Positions 14,510 through 30,081 of a DNA stretch of 64,000 nucleotides are shown piece by piece (position 1 is the first letter of the stretch; each line of letters begins with the position of its first letter). Below the pieces are notes generated by a model. That model searched no databases. It was not told the origin of the DNA and was given only the letters and a program-made list of their open reading frames with translations. This DNA comes from Eledone cirrhosa. Taxonomy: Eukaryota. The position numbers and the translations under genes are program-made. Location of the stretch: contig OZ024748.1 in the NCBI GenBank assembly GCA_964016885.1, forward strand, positions 19,654,001 through 19,718,000, in the 5' to 3' direction.

Positions 14510-15926
14510 ATGTATGTGTGTGTATGTGTGTGTGTGTGTGGTAGGTGGTTCTGAGGTGTGAGAATGCTACACAAGGAAGTAATTGTGGTAGATATAAGGT
14601 TGAAATGACATATAAAGTAGAATATGTCCATATGGTAATAAGTTATTAGATACGGGTTGGGAGCTAGGTGTTAGATTATTGTCAAGGGATGTTTAATTGG
14701 TGTTGGTTTTGAACAGACAAAATATGGTATACCATTAGTGCTAAAAATTAACGGCAGTTTCAACAAAGATTTCATCCAATAGACTTACCGAAATGATTTG
14801 GCGTGGGTAAGTTTGCATAATGTTGTGGGAAATAGAGGCTTAGTAAATTTTCATAGTCTGGTCACAGCAAGATGCGTTAAAAAATTACTTCGTCATCTGA
14901 ACAGGTTCTAAGTTGAATTTATTTTATTTTATATACGGTGCATACTTGGAAGAGAAATTCATATTATAAAGCTAACCTAATGTGATAAATAACCATTTTT
15001 ACCTGGAGAGTATCAATGTATAAGCAATGAGTAATAATGTATAAGACAAATTATATCGTTAATTATATCGTTTAGTGGAGGCGCGTGGATTTGTGGTTTG
15101 TTATGTCCTTATAGATAAACGAATACACCGCAACAATGTAATAACAATATAATCGAAACAAACGGCAATGACGACACGTAACGGAACAACAATCTTTTCA
15201 GAACCAACAATCCAACACGCTAACTCGAACTGTGAACTTGAACTCCAGCTTTGAGTATCATCACACGAACTGTGGAACTCGTATCAACTTTTTTACTTAC
15301 TCAGCCCGCTACTATATATATGTAGTGGTCCAGCCCAATCTCGCCAGGGATAGGAGGAGGGGGGGGGGGGGGGCGTACTCTCGCACAACAGTTTAGAGGG
15401 TTGGATTCGCAATCGAAAGTTTGCAAGTTCAAATCTCGGACCGAGTGATGCCAGTAGATAGTATCAGCAATAGAAATACTTCTGCCAGTAGATAGTATCA
15501 GCAATAGAAACATTGTTTCCTTGGTCCGATTTAACGAGGTCCAGCCCACTCGGCAAACAAATGAGAGCTGGGAACCTGTCGATCGGTCAGAGCGAGCGAT
15601 ATCGTTAATATACGAAACTATACATCATTATAGTTGGAGAGGTTTCTCTTTCTCTTCTTCAATAAAGTACGTCTTGTAAGGCTGGTTAGTTTGAATTTAA
15701 ACAGATGTCTCAAATAACTAAAATATTCCAGATATTATAATGTCAAACATTTATATTTTATTGCTCCACTTAAAATCAGAAGTGGTCACTAGTGGCCCCC
15801 TGTGTAAGCATGTATGTAGCCTACCTGAATGTATATGTAGGATAGGGTGTAGGTTTATCGTAATATGTCGTGGATGTTACGTCGTGGGAAAATGAGGCAA
15901 GACTTGTGGAAAATTAAAGAAGAATT

Positions 15927-16015
<89 letters not shown>

Positions 16016-16017
16016 TA

Positions 16018-16060
<43 letters not shown>

Positions 16061-16283
16061 TAGCGACGAGATTCGCATTTCGGCTATTGGAAATTAATTA
16101 GCGAAAAACAACTTCCGAGATGTGTGGCAAGCGCTCCATAGCAACGAGTGAACTAGAGCAACAACGTACGTTAAAAGGCCAAACACACTGAGACTATGGT
16201 TAAACCATTATCTGCAAAGCCATAGAAACGACCAAGCTATTCGGGTCAAACAAATAATAAAATATGATTGAAAATTATACACC

Positions 16284-16356
<73 letters not shown>

Positions 16357-16717
16357 GAACTCTATACACAAGAGTTCATTTTCCAGTCTTCTTCTCAACA
16401 AGGAAGGTAATAAAACTTACCTCAACACTTAATTTTAAATCTTTTATATTCTTATTAATTATTTTTAATTGTAATACTCAAGATTTGATAAGATGAATTT
16501 TAATAATACATCGGAACCGGTAATACTTTATATACTTTATAAACTTTATATACTTTATATACTTTATAAAACTCTTTTTTAAAAGAATTGTCCCTCTCAT
16601 TCTTTCAATAATGTCTCTTTGACGAACCAAAGAAAGAAAAAAAAAAAGAAAAACAGATCCTTAAATATATTTTCCGTGCTATTTCCAATCTCACATTTCT
16701 CTCTCTCCCCCTCTCTT

Positions 16718-16833
<116 letters not shown>

Positions 16834-16834
16834 A

Positions 16835-17221
16835 AATGGAGGTGTAACACACGAGTTGTGATATATTAGTAAAAAGGAAAAGAAAATGCTGACAAATTTT
16901 TCCCAGTGAAAAAAAGTTTAATTAGGAATAAGTATTAGTTTGTATTCAGTTTTAGTTTTAAGTTTTTGCCGGTTGCGCATTTCTTATGCTTTTCAAAAAT
17001 AATTTTGAGATAGAGTGTTCGTGATTTTTGCTCTAACCAGATTAGAGCAAAAATCACGAGCGCTCTATCTCAAAGTTATTTTTGAAAAGCATAAGAAATG
17101 CGCAACCGGCAAAAAGTTAAATCTAAAACTGAATACTAACTAATACTTATTACTAATTTTTATTCCTAATTAAACTTTTTCAATGGGAAAAATTTGTCAG
17201 CATTTTCTTTTCCTTTTTACT
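16835..17221. mobile_element. TA-embedded palindromic element, family C (arms ~170 bp; 16868-17036 and 17042-17221)
   Basis: Near-perfect inverted repeat with a 5-nt loop. Each arm has the HHR-like TTGAAAA-GCAT(AAGAA)ATGC-GCAACCGGCA. The 3' end recurs at about 19005-19120. Confidence 0.8.
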
Positions 17222-17751
17222 CATATATATATATAGTGAGAAAGAGAGAGAAAGTGAGAGTGAGAGAGAGAGTCTGCGTTGTTGAGACCGAGAAGACCCC
17301 TAATCATGGGAGTACTCGATGCATGGGGAGATACAGATTGAGTATAGAGATATGTAAAATCCTGACCGCGGCGACAAGCGGTTCCGGCTTGTGCGTTGAA
17401 AAGACTGTCTGAATACACAATCCGAAACCAGTGCTTTGAGAAAACTACACCAAACTTCAGCACTGAGCATATAAAAAATCGAAATAACAGAAGTAAGCTT
17501 TATTCCATTGTTTTTTTTTTGGGGGGGGGGGGGTTCTCTTCAAATTTTAGCTGTATGACGAGGTCATAGATGCTGCTTAATGGTTGTCCCCGAAATATAT
17601 ATAACAGCGAATATGAAGAAACGAAATTAATTTCAACCTGTTGACTTACACATTTTGTTTTATATATATATGTATATATTTATATATATATATTTATATA
17701 TATATATACATATGTATATATATATATATTTATATACATATATATATATGT

Positions 17752-17879
<128 letters not shown>

Positions 17880-18168
17880 TTTGAAAATTTGGACTGTGAA
17901 CAACAATTATAATTGAGTGGCTGCTATTTGCAGTATAGTAATATAAGGTTGCACTTACCAATGAAACGGTCGTAAATACCTGGATAAAATCCTTCTCTTA
18001 ATGCTTACCTGTGTTTTCTCTTTTATACTTTATACTCCAAGATCGAACGGAATTCTTACAAACTTGTGGAGTTACCCCTAACCGTACGTTGAAACCGTCC
18101 ATGAAACTGGCTTTCTTAACCAAAAACTGGATCACAATAAGCAATTCTTTGTTTCTCTAACTATATAT

Positions 18169-18201
<33 letters not shown>

Positions 18202-18214
18202 CATACACACACAC

Positions 18215-18288
<74 letters not shown>

Positions 18289-18857
18289 CATTGAGATATA
18301 TGACTTATGACTCATATATTTTCCACAGTGAATGAACACTTTCATTGTAACATTACTTGAAGTACGATACTTGATAAAAAAAAAGCGTGGTTTGCCTTAG
18401 AGAAACATTAAAAATTCCAAATTGCATAGACTCTATTTTTTAGGTCTCCTTTATTACCAATTCTTGTATTAAAAATCGTATATTATTTCAAAACCAAGTT
18501 TCATTACTGTTTGCAAACAATAAAAATTATATTGATATCACACGGTATTTGGTGACACCCAAATACCAGTGCTCAGCACATAGGGTGCACCTCCACTAAC
18601 ACCGTATACTGCATTACTTTCTCTCCACCTGTCCTTTTTTTCCCCCACAATATTTCCCTCGCTCGCTTACTAAAGAAGGATTTCAGACGAGAACAATTGA
18701 CATCTGAAGATCACAGTTGCTGCAAACTCAAGTAGCAAGAAAGATTATTCGGCGTAAATAAAACATATTCTCTACAATATGTAGTTTGTGTCTTCTTCTC
18801 CTTTTCATTTTTTCACACAAAAAATAATATTTCAATGAATATACTGTATGTATATGT

Positions 18858-18946
<89 letters not shown>

Positions 18947-19330
18947 GGTGGGTGTCTGTGTGTGTGTTTATATATATATATATATATATATATAACCAAT
19001 ACAATTACTAATTCTCACTTATTCCTAATTAAACTATTTTTCACTGTGAACAATTTGTCAGCATTTTCTATTCCGTTTACCAATATATAATAACTTATGT
19101 GTTGCACCTCTATTCTTTTAAATATATATATATATATATATATAATATTAAAGATACTATTTATAGTTATGTATATATAATACTATAAACAACTATAAAC
19201 AGGGAAGGTCAGTAATTTATTACTACCTTATTACCAGTAAGATAAATAGCTCAATGTAATAACATCAGTTGTTTTACAGAGCAGTAATATTGAATTCACA
19301 AGAATCAAAGTTATGATTAAAACATTTATT

Positions 19331-19377
19331 CACTGACAATTGTTTCTTCCAAACCTAGGCTTGGAGTCTTCAGAGCA
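19331..19377 (-). ncRNA. Type I hammerhead ribozyme motif
   Basis: TGCT-CTGAAGA-CTCCAAGC(CTAG)GTTTGGAA-GAAAC-AATT-GTC-AGTG: canonical core with a GUC cleavage triplet. Confidence 0.85.
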
Positions 19378-19517
19378 TTATCAATGTTTGTACATATAAT
19401 TAACCTCCTATTCAACTGAAGAATCATACAGATACATATATATTGATGTATATATTGATGTATCTGTATGATTCTTCAGTTGAATAGGAGGTTAATTATA
19501 TGTACAAACATTGATAA

Positions 19518-19564
19518 TGCTCCGAAGACTCCAAGCCTAGGTTTGGAAGAAACAATTGTCAGCG
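19518..19564 (+). ncRNA. Type I hammerhead motif (CCGAAGA core)
   Basis: TGCT-CCGAAGA-CTCCAAGC(CTAG)GTTTGGAA-GAAAC-AATT-GTC-AGCG. Confidence 0.8.
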
Positions 19565-19604
19565 ATTAAATGTTTTAAACATAACTTTGATTCTTGTGTA
19601 TTCA

Positions 19605-19635
<31 letters not shown>

Positions 19636-19786
19636 GAGAGACTAACTGTGTATATTTAATTGGGTATGTATTCCTGTATATGTATATATGTTGTAATTTT
19701 GTACACATATATATTTATATTCATGTATGTATTTTATGTGTATTTCATTATATGTATTATATATATACATATATATGTAGTATATA

Positions 19787-19865
<79 letters not shown>

Positions 19866-21360
19866 CTGTGTGTGAGCGTGTGTCGCATTGATAGATTAAA
19901 CCATTATAACTAAAAGTATCAGTTATACCCATGAGAGAGAAGAATGTTTTCTATTGTTTCATATATTGCTGTCAAACTGATATCATTGTTGGAAGAAATA
20001 CAACCATAAATGCGCTGTCTCAAATCTCAAATATTAATGGCTTCAACAAACCTGAAGAAAAAAATGTGAAAGCGTTAAAGTTTTAAAGCTAGGGTTTCAA
20101 TTGAAAAAAAGCATAAACAATTATAGACCTCATGTATCACTTATAAATATATTGCCTTTTAATCTCCGTAGCAGATGCTTTTAAGAATACCACTCTTTAA
20201 GAATACAGTTCACGCATACATCGTTCGTTAAATGACAAACCAGACAGTGAAATATGGACACCAACAATGCAGCGTTTTTTCGTTTACAAAACACGGAGAA
20301 ATTTTAGGCAGAATATACTTTTTAATTTTACTTATTTATTAATATATTTTTCAGTAGAATCAGGGCCTAGGTGACTGAATGTTTGTGGAGGTATTGACAA
20401 CATTTCTGAGGATGCTATCATTGCCAAATTTAGTGTGGGTCATCTTTTATACTATGGAACTTTTCTTTGTACTCTGGTTATAGGCTAAAGTTGCTTTTGT
20501 AGTTGTTGTTGTTGTTGTTGTTCATTAATCTCCTTCAGTTACGACGACGAGTGCTCCAGTTGTTCGAACGACGGAACAACGCCTACTCATGAAATTAACC
20601 TACAAATAGCTGCTCATCTCCATATATACGTACATCCGTAGCGTAGTTCTCACGAGAATTCACCGTGGTACTTTATCTAATAAGGCTGGATTTTTGAATT
20701 ACATCTACACCTCAGTGTTTTGCCAACTAAGCTGACTGAACCAACGTGAAGTAATGTGTATTGTTCAAAGGTACACTCTAAACATTAAACCACCCGCCTT
20801 CATATAGACTAGAGTAACATGTTATAAAATAACTCATGCGATTCCATGGGCTCTGAACTCTTGATGGGGTCACAAAATCATAGTGGGGGCTCGTGTATAT
20901 ATATATGGCGTGTGTTGGGCATTTATATCTAGCGGAGTATAGCTCTTTCCAGGTTTTAACATTGTCGATTTCTTCGAGAGAAATCGAAAGTAAAAGAGGA
21001 ATAGAGAGCAATAAGAAACAGAAACAGACTCGACTCTCAATACTGAACAAATAATAAATTTATCTCAAACAGATTCAAGGCAAGGTTAATCTCAGAGGCA
21101 TTTGAACTCAGAACTCAGAGAGCCAGATAAAAATTCGCGAAGCCTTCTGGCCAACGTTCTAACGAATCTGCCATTTCACTGTCTATTAAAATGGATGTAT
21201 CTATGGTCCCGTAACTCCTGATAGAGTCGTAGCAGCGTTTCTAGGTCATTTTAAACCCGGCGGAGCCAAATCACTCTCAAGGCCTGAATGCAGCAGATTT
21301 CTTCAAGAGAAAGTTAGAAAGTGAGAGAGAGGAAATGAGAAAGAGATATAGAGGAAGAAT

Positions 21361-21517
21361 CGGCCCCAGTACTAGACAGGTAATTCTTATATTAACTTCG
21401 CAAGGATTAAAGACAATGTCGACCTCTGCAGGATTTGAACTCAGAGAGCAGACAGCTGGATTGAATACCATAAAGCATTCTATCCAACGTTCTAACCACT
21501 CTGCCAATTTGCCGCCT
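21361..21517 (-). mobile_element. Diverged Meta-like SINE
   Basis: GGATTTGAACTCAGA...CTGCCAATTTGCCGCC is the reverse complement of the SINE head. Another relic lies at about 21060-21185. Confidence 0.65.
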
Positions 21518-21914
21518 TCTATTAAAATAAGTCAGCTAAAAATAGTCAACATGTAGGGAATCGTGTCCAAATATTCGAAAGGGGAGCTTATAAGAATAAA
21601 CAAGTAAGTAAATCAAAAATAAATATATAGATGAACACTTTGAATGTTACTATTTGCCATCCCTGCCTCCTACAAATACAGCTTGTCATATGTATTTTCC
21701 TCAACGGTCGAGCACGAAGCCATTTCAGTCTCTACCATTCTAATTATATTATAAATAGGCTGAAGCATTGAAGTATTAAAGTATTGAGTCGGGTATAATA
21801 TTGTAGTAGAGGAAGGTTCTCTCCTTGGAATATTTTCATGTTATTTATATTGAGATGTCTTCAGCAGCATAATAAGTATCTCCTTATATACAATATATAT
21901 ATATATTATATATA

Positions 21915-22302
21915 TACGAAGGTAATCCCAAAAGTAAGGTCTTCAAAGCGATGGGGACGCAGAGAAACTGTTCGTGTGGCTGTTGGCAACACTGTTGTGA
22001 TTGGTGCTTCCTTCACTTCCAAACAAGAATGCGCACGCTTCGCTGGGATGTCATTCTTGGCTTGGCAGCCGTTGAGAATGGAGTTCCCGTTGAACGCTAC
22101 CACTAAGGGGGAATTTCGCGCAGTTATGATATAGAGGGCAATCCCAAAAGTAAGGTCTCCTTCCGGGGAAAACATGCGTAAAGATCGGCGGATCACCTCT
22201 CTGCATTTTAGTTCATGAGGTTTCCCGAAACACCATCCACAGGATTTTAACGGAAAAGTTGCAATATCGGAAGGAGACCTTACTTTTGGGATTGTCCTCG
22301 TA
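21915..22302 (+). mobile_element. Mariner 5' fragment (TIR plus transposase start) followed by a ~170-bp MITE of the same family (22132-22302)
   Basis: TIR (C)GA.GG.AATCCCAAAAGTAAGGTC at 21917 and 22134, inverted at 22270-22300, with TA termini. MEFPLNATTKGEFRAVMI (ATG at 22078) resembles a mariner transposase N-terminus. Confidence 0.75.
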
Positions 22303-22484
22303 TATATTGTATAGATATTGTATGTATACACACAGACATACACACACACACACACATATATATATTGTATGTATATACACATATATGTGAGTGTGTGTGT
22401 GTGTGCGTGTGTATGTATCAATATATGAATACATATATATATATATATATCAGTTTATATATAAATATATAAATATATACGTAC

Positions 22485-22517
<33 letters not shown>

Positions 22518-23060
22518 CGTGTGTGCGTGTGTCTGTGTGTATGGTGTGTGTATTTAACTTAATTAAAACATCAGTATAAATCAGTATAAAACTTAGTGTT
22601 GCATAACGTTATACAAATATACAAGTATTCAGTATATAAATATTTCGAGTGTAACACATCATATTTGATGTCACGTAAGACTTTACTTTTAGAATGTATT
22701 TATGCTTATATCGGGAAGAAGAAGCCAGGCTAGTTCCGAAACAATCTAGAAGATAAGGAGGACACTTGAAAGTGATCTCTATATAAGTGGATAACTTATT
22801 AAATAAATCTGTCAACGATTGTTATTTAATTACATTTCATATATCACTGAAGCCCCTTGACGAAGTGATAAAAGTAAAAGTAAAAAGAATGTTTGTGGGT
22901 GATATTCCAAAAGACAATGCGTAGAAATTAAAAACTTAAGTTATCGGATGTAGTTGATGAAGCCGCGCTAATGAGATTTCTATAAACATCTGAGACGAAG
23001 ATAGAGAGGGTGAATAAGAAAGAGAGGGAGGGAGAGAGGAGATGAGGAAAGGGGAGAGTT

Positions 23061-23128
<68 letters not shown>

Positions 23129-23445
23129 GCACCACGGAGAACAAGAGAGGGAGATTTGACCACAATAGGAAAAAATAGTAAAAGTGGTTTCAAGAATATT
23201 AACTTGAAAGAAATTATTACCCACTTCATTATATATATATATATATATAAATGTATGTGTGTTTGTAGGTGCATATATACACACATACCTATATATACAT
23301 ATACATGTGAGAATACATACATATACATATATACATATACATGTGAGCATACATACATATACATGTATACACACATCTATATGTACACACACATACATAC
23401 ATACCTATATATATATATATCTATATCTATATATATATATATATA

Positions 23446-23510
<65 letters not shown>

Positions 23511-23832
23511 TATAGGTATACACTGACTTTTGTACGTATGTAGTCTTGTCTGCCCATCTGTTTCACTTTTAGGATGTATCACCTACTGTGCAATGCAATA
23601 TGTCAGTGCAAGTGTTTGTGTTTATGTACATATCTTCAGAAGACACTCACACATTCAATGATGAAATATGGTGCCTTAAAATTACTTTCGTTTTATTTTC
23701 CTTCTGCACACTGGATTGTCATAATTATTTGGCAGGACATTAACCTGTGACGTATTGTAGTAGTATTTACACAAACCCTTTAACAGACGTTTCCTATCGT
23801 TAATGTACTTTCTGCAAAATACGAAGTGAAGT

Positions 23833-23870
<38 letters not shown>

Positions 23871-23961
23871 ATAATAATAAAATTGAAGACTAAAATCCAA
23901 AGAGGGCTCGATAAGGAAAATATATATCAAATATATAAGAACCGTAGAGCAAATATTTATT

Positions 23962-24013
<52 letters not shown>

Positions 24014-24084
24014 ATATAGATGAGATTCTACAGGACTAGAACTGTTTCATTCTTTAGAAATCATCATGAATCTGATATATACAT

Positions 24085-24451
<367 letters not shown>

Positions 24452-24452
24452 G

Positions 24453-25192
<740 letters not shown>

Positions 25193-25534
25193 TACAACAA
25201 TGACATAAACAGGTACTCAAGTTTAGTTAGGTTCTGGGCCCCAATTCGTTTAACCTGTCATGAGAGAAACTGTCAATACCACAGCAAAGGTCCGATGAGC
25301 TTTTGATTCCAGAGTTGGGCCAGATCGATACAGATCCACCCTTGAGCAGATCAATAGCAAAACCCGCGTCACCAATCAATAAAAGTAATGAAGACATAAC
25401 AAATCGTCCTTTTATTATTATATTTACTCTCTGTTTAGCACTACATCTCGTTACAGACGTGAATCTAAGCATCCAATGCTCACCTTGGTCAACCTACAGT
25501 AACTGCACGTTAAACTCCCTGGATATATATATAT

Positions 25535-25962
25535 ATCATAAAACATGTCTATAGAATCACCAGATAAAATATATACCATTTCCTCTCCCAATTAGCATAA
25601 TTAACCATATAAAAAATCGATTAGACCAAGCTATAAGAATAAAGGCTTTTATGAAGAAATCTCCGACAAATAACCGAAAGCAGCCCTTCGCGTCGGCTGC
25701 GACGGAATATTTATCGAGTATTTCGACAGCGTGTATGAATCGCCCAGATATACAGTCAATTAAACAGAATTAGGTGTAAAATAAACTAGGAGAAAAGTGA
25801 ACATATTTAGTTACCTCTACCATGGTTTCGTCCCCATTTTAAGATATCCGATAGCTTCTCATATATTTTATCTGGTGATTCTGTAGACATGTTTTATGAT
25901 ATATAGCTCTGATTATTTAATTTATTAACTTTACATTGAGCCACAAAGTGACCCGTTGCAAA

Positions 25963-25966
<4 letters not shown>
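25535..25966. mobile_element. TA-embedded family H element with inverted terminal segment
   Basis: ATCATAAAACATGTCTATAGAATCACCAGATAAAA and its reverse complement at about 25866-25900. A second copy lies at 58905-59250. Confidence 0.75.
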
Positions 25967-26057
<91 letters not shown>

Positions 26058-26112
26058 TGTAAACCTTTATATATATATATTCAGAAAGAGAATTTGCTTT
26101 TGAAATCACTAG

Positions 26113-26205
26113 ACGTATCTGACGATCTTGCGAATCCAGAGTCAGGTTCGATCCACAAACAGATCGCACCTCGAACTCTTCGCCGGAGAAACAATTGTAA
26201 TACGT
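26113..26205 (+). ncRNA. Type I hammerhead ribozyme with extended stem II
   Basis: ACGTAT-CTGACGA-TCTTGCGAA...TTCGCCGGA-GAAAC-AATT-GTA-ATACGT: perfect core and a 6-bp stem I. Confidence 0.88.
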
Positions 26206-26409
26206 AATAAATTGTGTTCCGATGCACCACTGATTCTTGGTTTTCCATTTTATTATAGTCTGCTCCGAAGGAGCATAGAGTGCTCAACCGGCATACCGCC
26301 TATGGACGCATCCTAGCAACCATATGACATATATATATATGTGTGTGTGGGGGGTGGGGTGTATGTGTGTATGTTTTATGAATGTATGAATATATATATA
26401 TATATATAT

Positions 26410-26615
26410 AACGAAGGAAATGTGGTAAGGAACCAGGTGGACCATAACGCACCAAAGTACTCAATACTTAGGGTAGTAGAATGGGTATTAGGAACGAGTA
26501 GGACCCAGACGGCTGAGCTCAGGCCGTTTCGACTGGTAATTATGGAATTCGACGGCTAATTCCCAGAATTAACCGTCGAAACGGCCTGAGCTCAGCCGTC
26601 GGGGTCCTACTCGTT

Positions 26616-26620
<5 letters not shown>
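26410..26620. mobile_element. TA-embedded palindromic element, family A
   Basis: Inverted arms at 26489-26533 and 26575-26619. Other copies lie at 33559, 37766, 45598, 46836 and 60051. Confidence 0.85.
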
Positions 26621-26713
<93 letters not shown>

Positions 26714-27674
26714 CTTGTGTATTATTCAATTGATGAAGGCTGGTCGATCATAAGAGCATTCTACGATTTGTATTGCTTAGGATTTTCTAGGTAAGGTATC
26801 AACCGGAGTTTCAATATAATGAATGAGAGGGTCGGTGTTATTGGTACATCTTTTTATGACATATGTAATCCAAAGAAGATATACGAAACCGTCCCTCTTA
26901 TTCATAATATATGTGTGTGTGTGTGTATATATATATAACAATTAACCTCTTATGAAAGCTAAGAGGTCACCTGAACACGTATATGTGTTAGCTACAACAA
27001 TAACAGGATAGGACTCTAGCCCTTAACATTAAAATACCAAAGAAACCTCCTGTGTTGTGCTATCTTGTAGGTGCGCAGCCCAACCTATATCACCGTGGGC
27101 TGTAACAATAACAATAACATACGGCTGAATCCTCTATCATTAAAATACCCAGAACCAATTATACGATACCAGTTCCTAAAAGGCCAGCTAAAACTACATC
27201 AGTGACGTCTATAACAAGGGCAACAATGAAGGATTAGGGCATCTATCATTAAAACACCCACGAAGCAACCTATGTCTTACAAAGCCGTAGAGGGGCAACA
27301 AAACCTGCAGATGTATGAGATGTACATTTGATTTTTTCATGTGATTAAAGTGCCATCCTCTGAAGAGGCCTATCCACATAAGTTTTATTTTCTCCAAACG
27401 TTAACATTGGAAGACCACAGGGGTTGGTGATTACCAACCTATTCAAAACCTCATGGACCGGAAAGGTTTATTGACTTCGTTCTACTTTACTTGATTTTTC
27501 TGTGAAAAATATTTGAAAAATGAATTAAAGTAAATGATTTTGTACTGACTTCTGACAAAGATGACGACATTGACGATACTGACGTGAATATTGGGAAGAA
27601 AAATTAATGAAACTTTACACATAGGCACAGCCATCCACACATTCATACACACACGCGCGCATCTGCACACACAT

Positions 27675-27721
<47 letters not shown>

Positions 27722-27779
27722 AATATATATATGTGTAAAGATATATATATATACATATATGTAAATATATATATATATG

Positions 27780-27932
<153 letters not shown>

Positions 27933-28230
27933 TGCCATTGAACCACATTGGCATATGGTTGGACAATACATGTGTCCCTTAGCGCCTTGTGCGTGTAGGA
28001 ACACATATCGTATTATTACTATACTCCTCTATGTTGAGAAAAATTTGGTCGTTCTGACTGCTGCTAGTTAGAGCAGTAGCCATCTGACCTCTCTGCCTCT
28101 GCCTTTATCTTTACACTCGGCCCTTGAAAAAATTGATTCCACTTCATTTACTCTCATCTCGGGAACAATTTTGAATAGCGCCAGTTCGTAATTTGAATTC
28201 GAGAATTTTATATTCTCCGAATGAAAAGAT

Positions 28231-28312
28231 CCTTCTGACGAGATTCTTTCTTTGCAACGAAGGCCGTATGGACTCCATTTATTTTTGAGAATCGAAACCG
28301 ACTCGGTAAAGG
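28231..28312 (+). ncRNA. Type I hammerhead ribozyme with long loop II
   Basis: CCTT-CTGACGA-GATTCT...AGAATC-GAAAC-CGACTCG-GTA-AAGG: all three stems pair and the core is perfect. Confidence 0.88.
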
Positions 28313-28380
28313 TAACCATAGTAAGTACAGTTAATTTTTTAAAATTTATTTTGAAACTTTATCTTATTTACTAAACCTTG

Positions 28381-28424
<44 letters not shown>

Positions 28425-28848
28425 TACATATAAACATATATATGTATATTCACTCTCTCTATATATGAAATATCAGTAGTGCATGCGGATTGATATTTTA
28501 AAGCTATATTAGTTAACTATGGAGTTTTCTATTGCTCCGTTGGTTAAGGCAAATTTTAGCTTTGAAACGCATTTTATTTTAACAGCAATTTAATTATTTA
28601 TTTCATTTCCAATTTAATAGCTCCGGAGAGGCACATTTACAGCTACCAGATGTCTAGAGACAGACATTTATATTGAGGAAATGTAGCTTAAATCAAAGTA
28701 AAATGGCGACAACTTAATATGCCATTCTGCTACGTTATTTGAAATATGCTTAAAATTATGATCGCCTTTGAAGCAAATGTTCTAACTAGTATTCTCATGT
28801 TACTTGGTTGTTTCTACTTTTAAGCGAGCATATATATACATATAAATA

Positions 28849-28904
<56 letters not shown>

Positions 28905-28908
28905 TCAC

Positions 28909-29035
<127 letters not shown>

Positions 29036-29070
29036 CGTACATACATACACATACATATGCATATGTATAT

Positions 29071-29177
<107 letters not shown>

Positions 29178-29435
29178 ACAAATTGAAAAAAAAACGAGGT
29201 GTCCTACACGAGTGAAAGTATAAAGAAAAAAGATGAAATCGAAAATGCAACTAGAGTCTTTTTTTTTTAAATATATATTTATATATATATATATATATAT
29301 GTAGGAGGTGAGTTTTATTGTAGTACAATAAAGCAATGCAGATATCGGATAAGAAGCACTCTACAGTTTGTAGGACTGGAGTATACATAATATATGAGAT
29401 CAAAATACATGGAACTCATTTAACCATCTTTTGAT

Positions 29436-29469
<34 letters not shown>

Positions 29470-29474
<5 letters not shown>

Positions 29475-29674
29475 ATACTTTGGGAGGGTCATGTTGCCAA
29501 TAAGAAACACACGCACCAGTTGCTTTCACTTCAATTTATTATATATTTATAAATTTATAAATTTACAAATCTACAAACTTATAAATTTCTGGTTGTATAA
29601 CAATATAAAGTATAACAATATCGGTTTCAACACACAATTTCAGATAAAGAATCTTGCTAAACAAATTCAGAAAC
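29470..29674. mobile_element. TA-embedded family E element (both termini, HHR absent)
   Basis: TTGTTATACTTTGGGAGGGTCATG..., then inverted AAGTATAACAATATCGGTTTCAACAC. Nearly identical to the ends of 45263-45588. Confidence 0.7.
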
Positions 29675-29722
<48 letters not shown>

Positions 29723-29988
29723 GCAGAGAGGGAGAGAGAGAAAGGGAGAGAGACAGAAAACTAGTAGGAACGAGGTATCAATATAGCATCATTATGTTTA
29801 TTCAACATTGACACGTGTTTCGAGATCGATCAGCTCAAGGTGAGATCGATATCGATCACGCCTGACTCGTGAATCGAAATCTCATCATTCTTGTGGATTC
29901 CTTAATGACTGGTGGAAAACAGTAACTTAACATTGCACATCAATGAAATATATATACATATGTATATATAGATACATATATACATATA

Positions 29989-30081
<93 letters not shown>

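Larger units (their letters stand above)
19143..19606. mobile_element. TA-embedded palindromic element, family D, with an HHR in each arm
   Basis: Inverted arms at about 19287-19436 and 19458-19606. HHRs at 19331-19377 (-) and 19518-19564 (+). Confidence 0.85.

Noticed and set aside
26990-27270. Three diverged ~110-bp repeats (ACAATAAC..CATTAAAATACC)
   Set aside because: Too degenerate to delimit or interpret.
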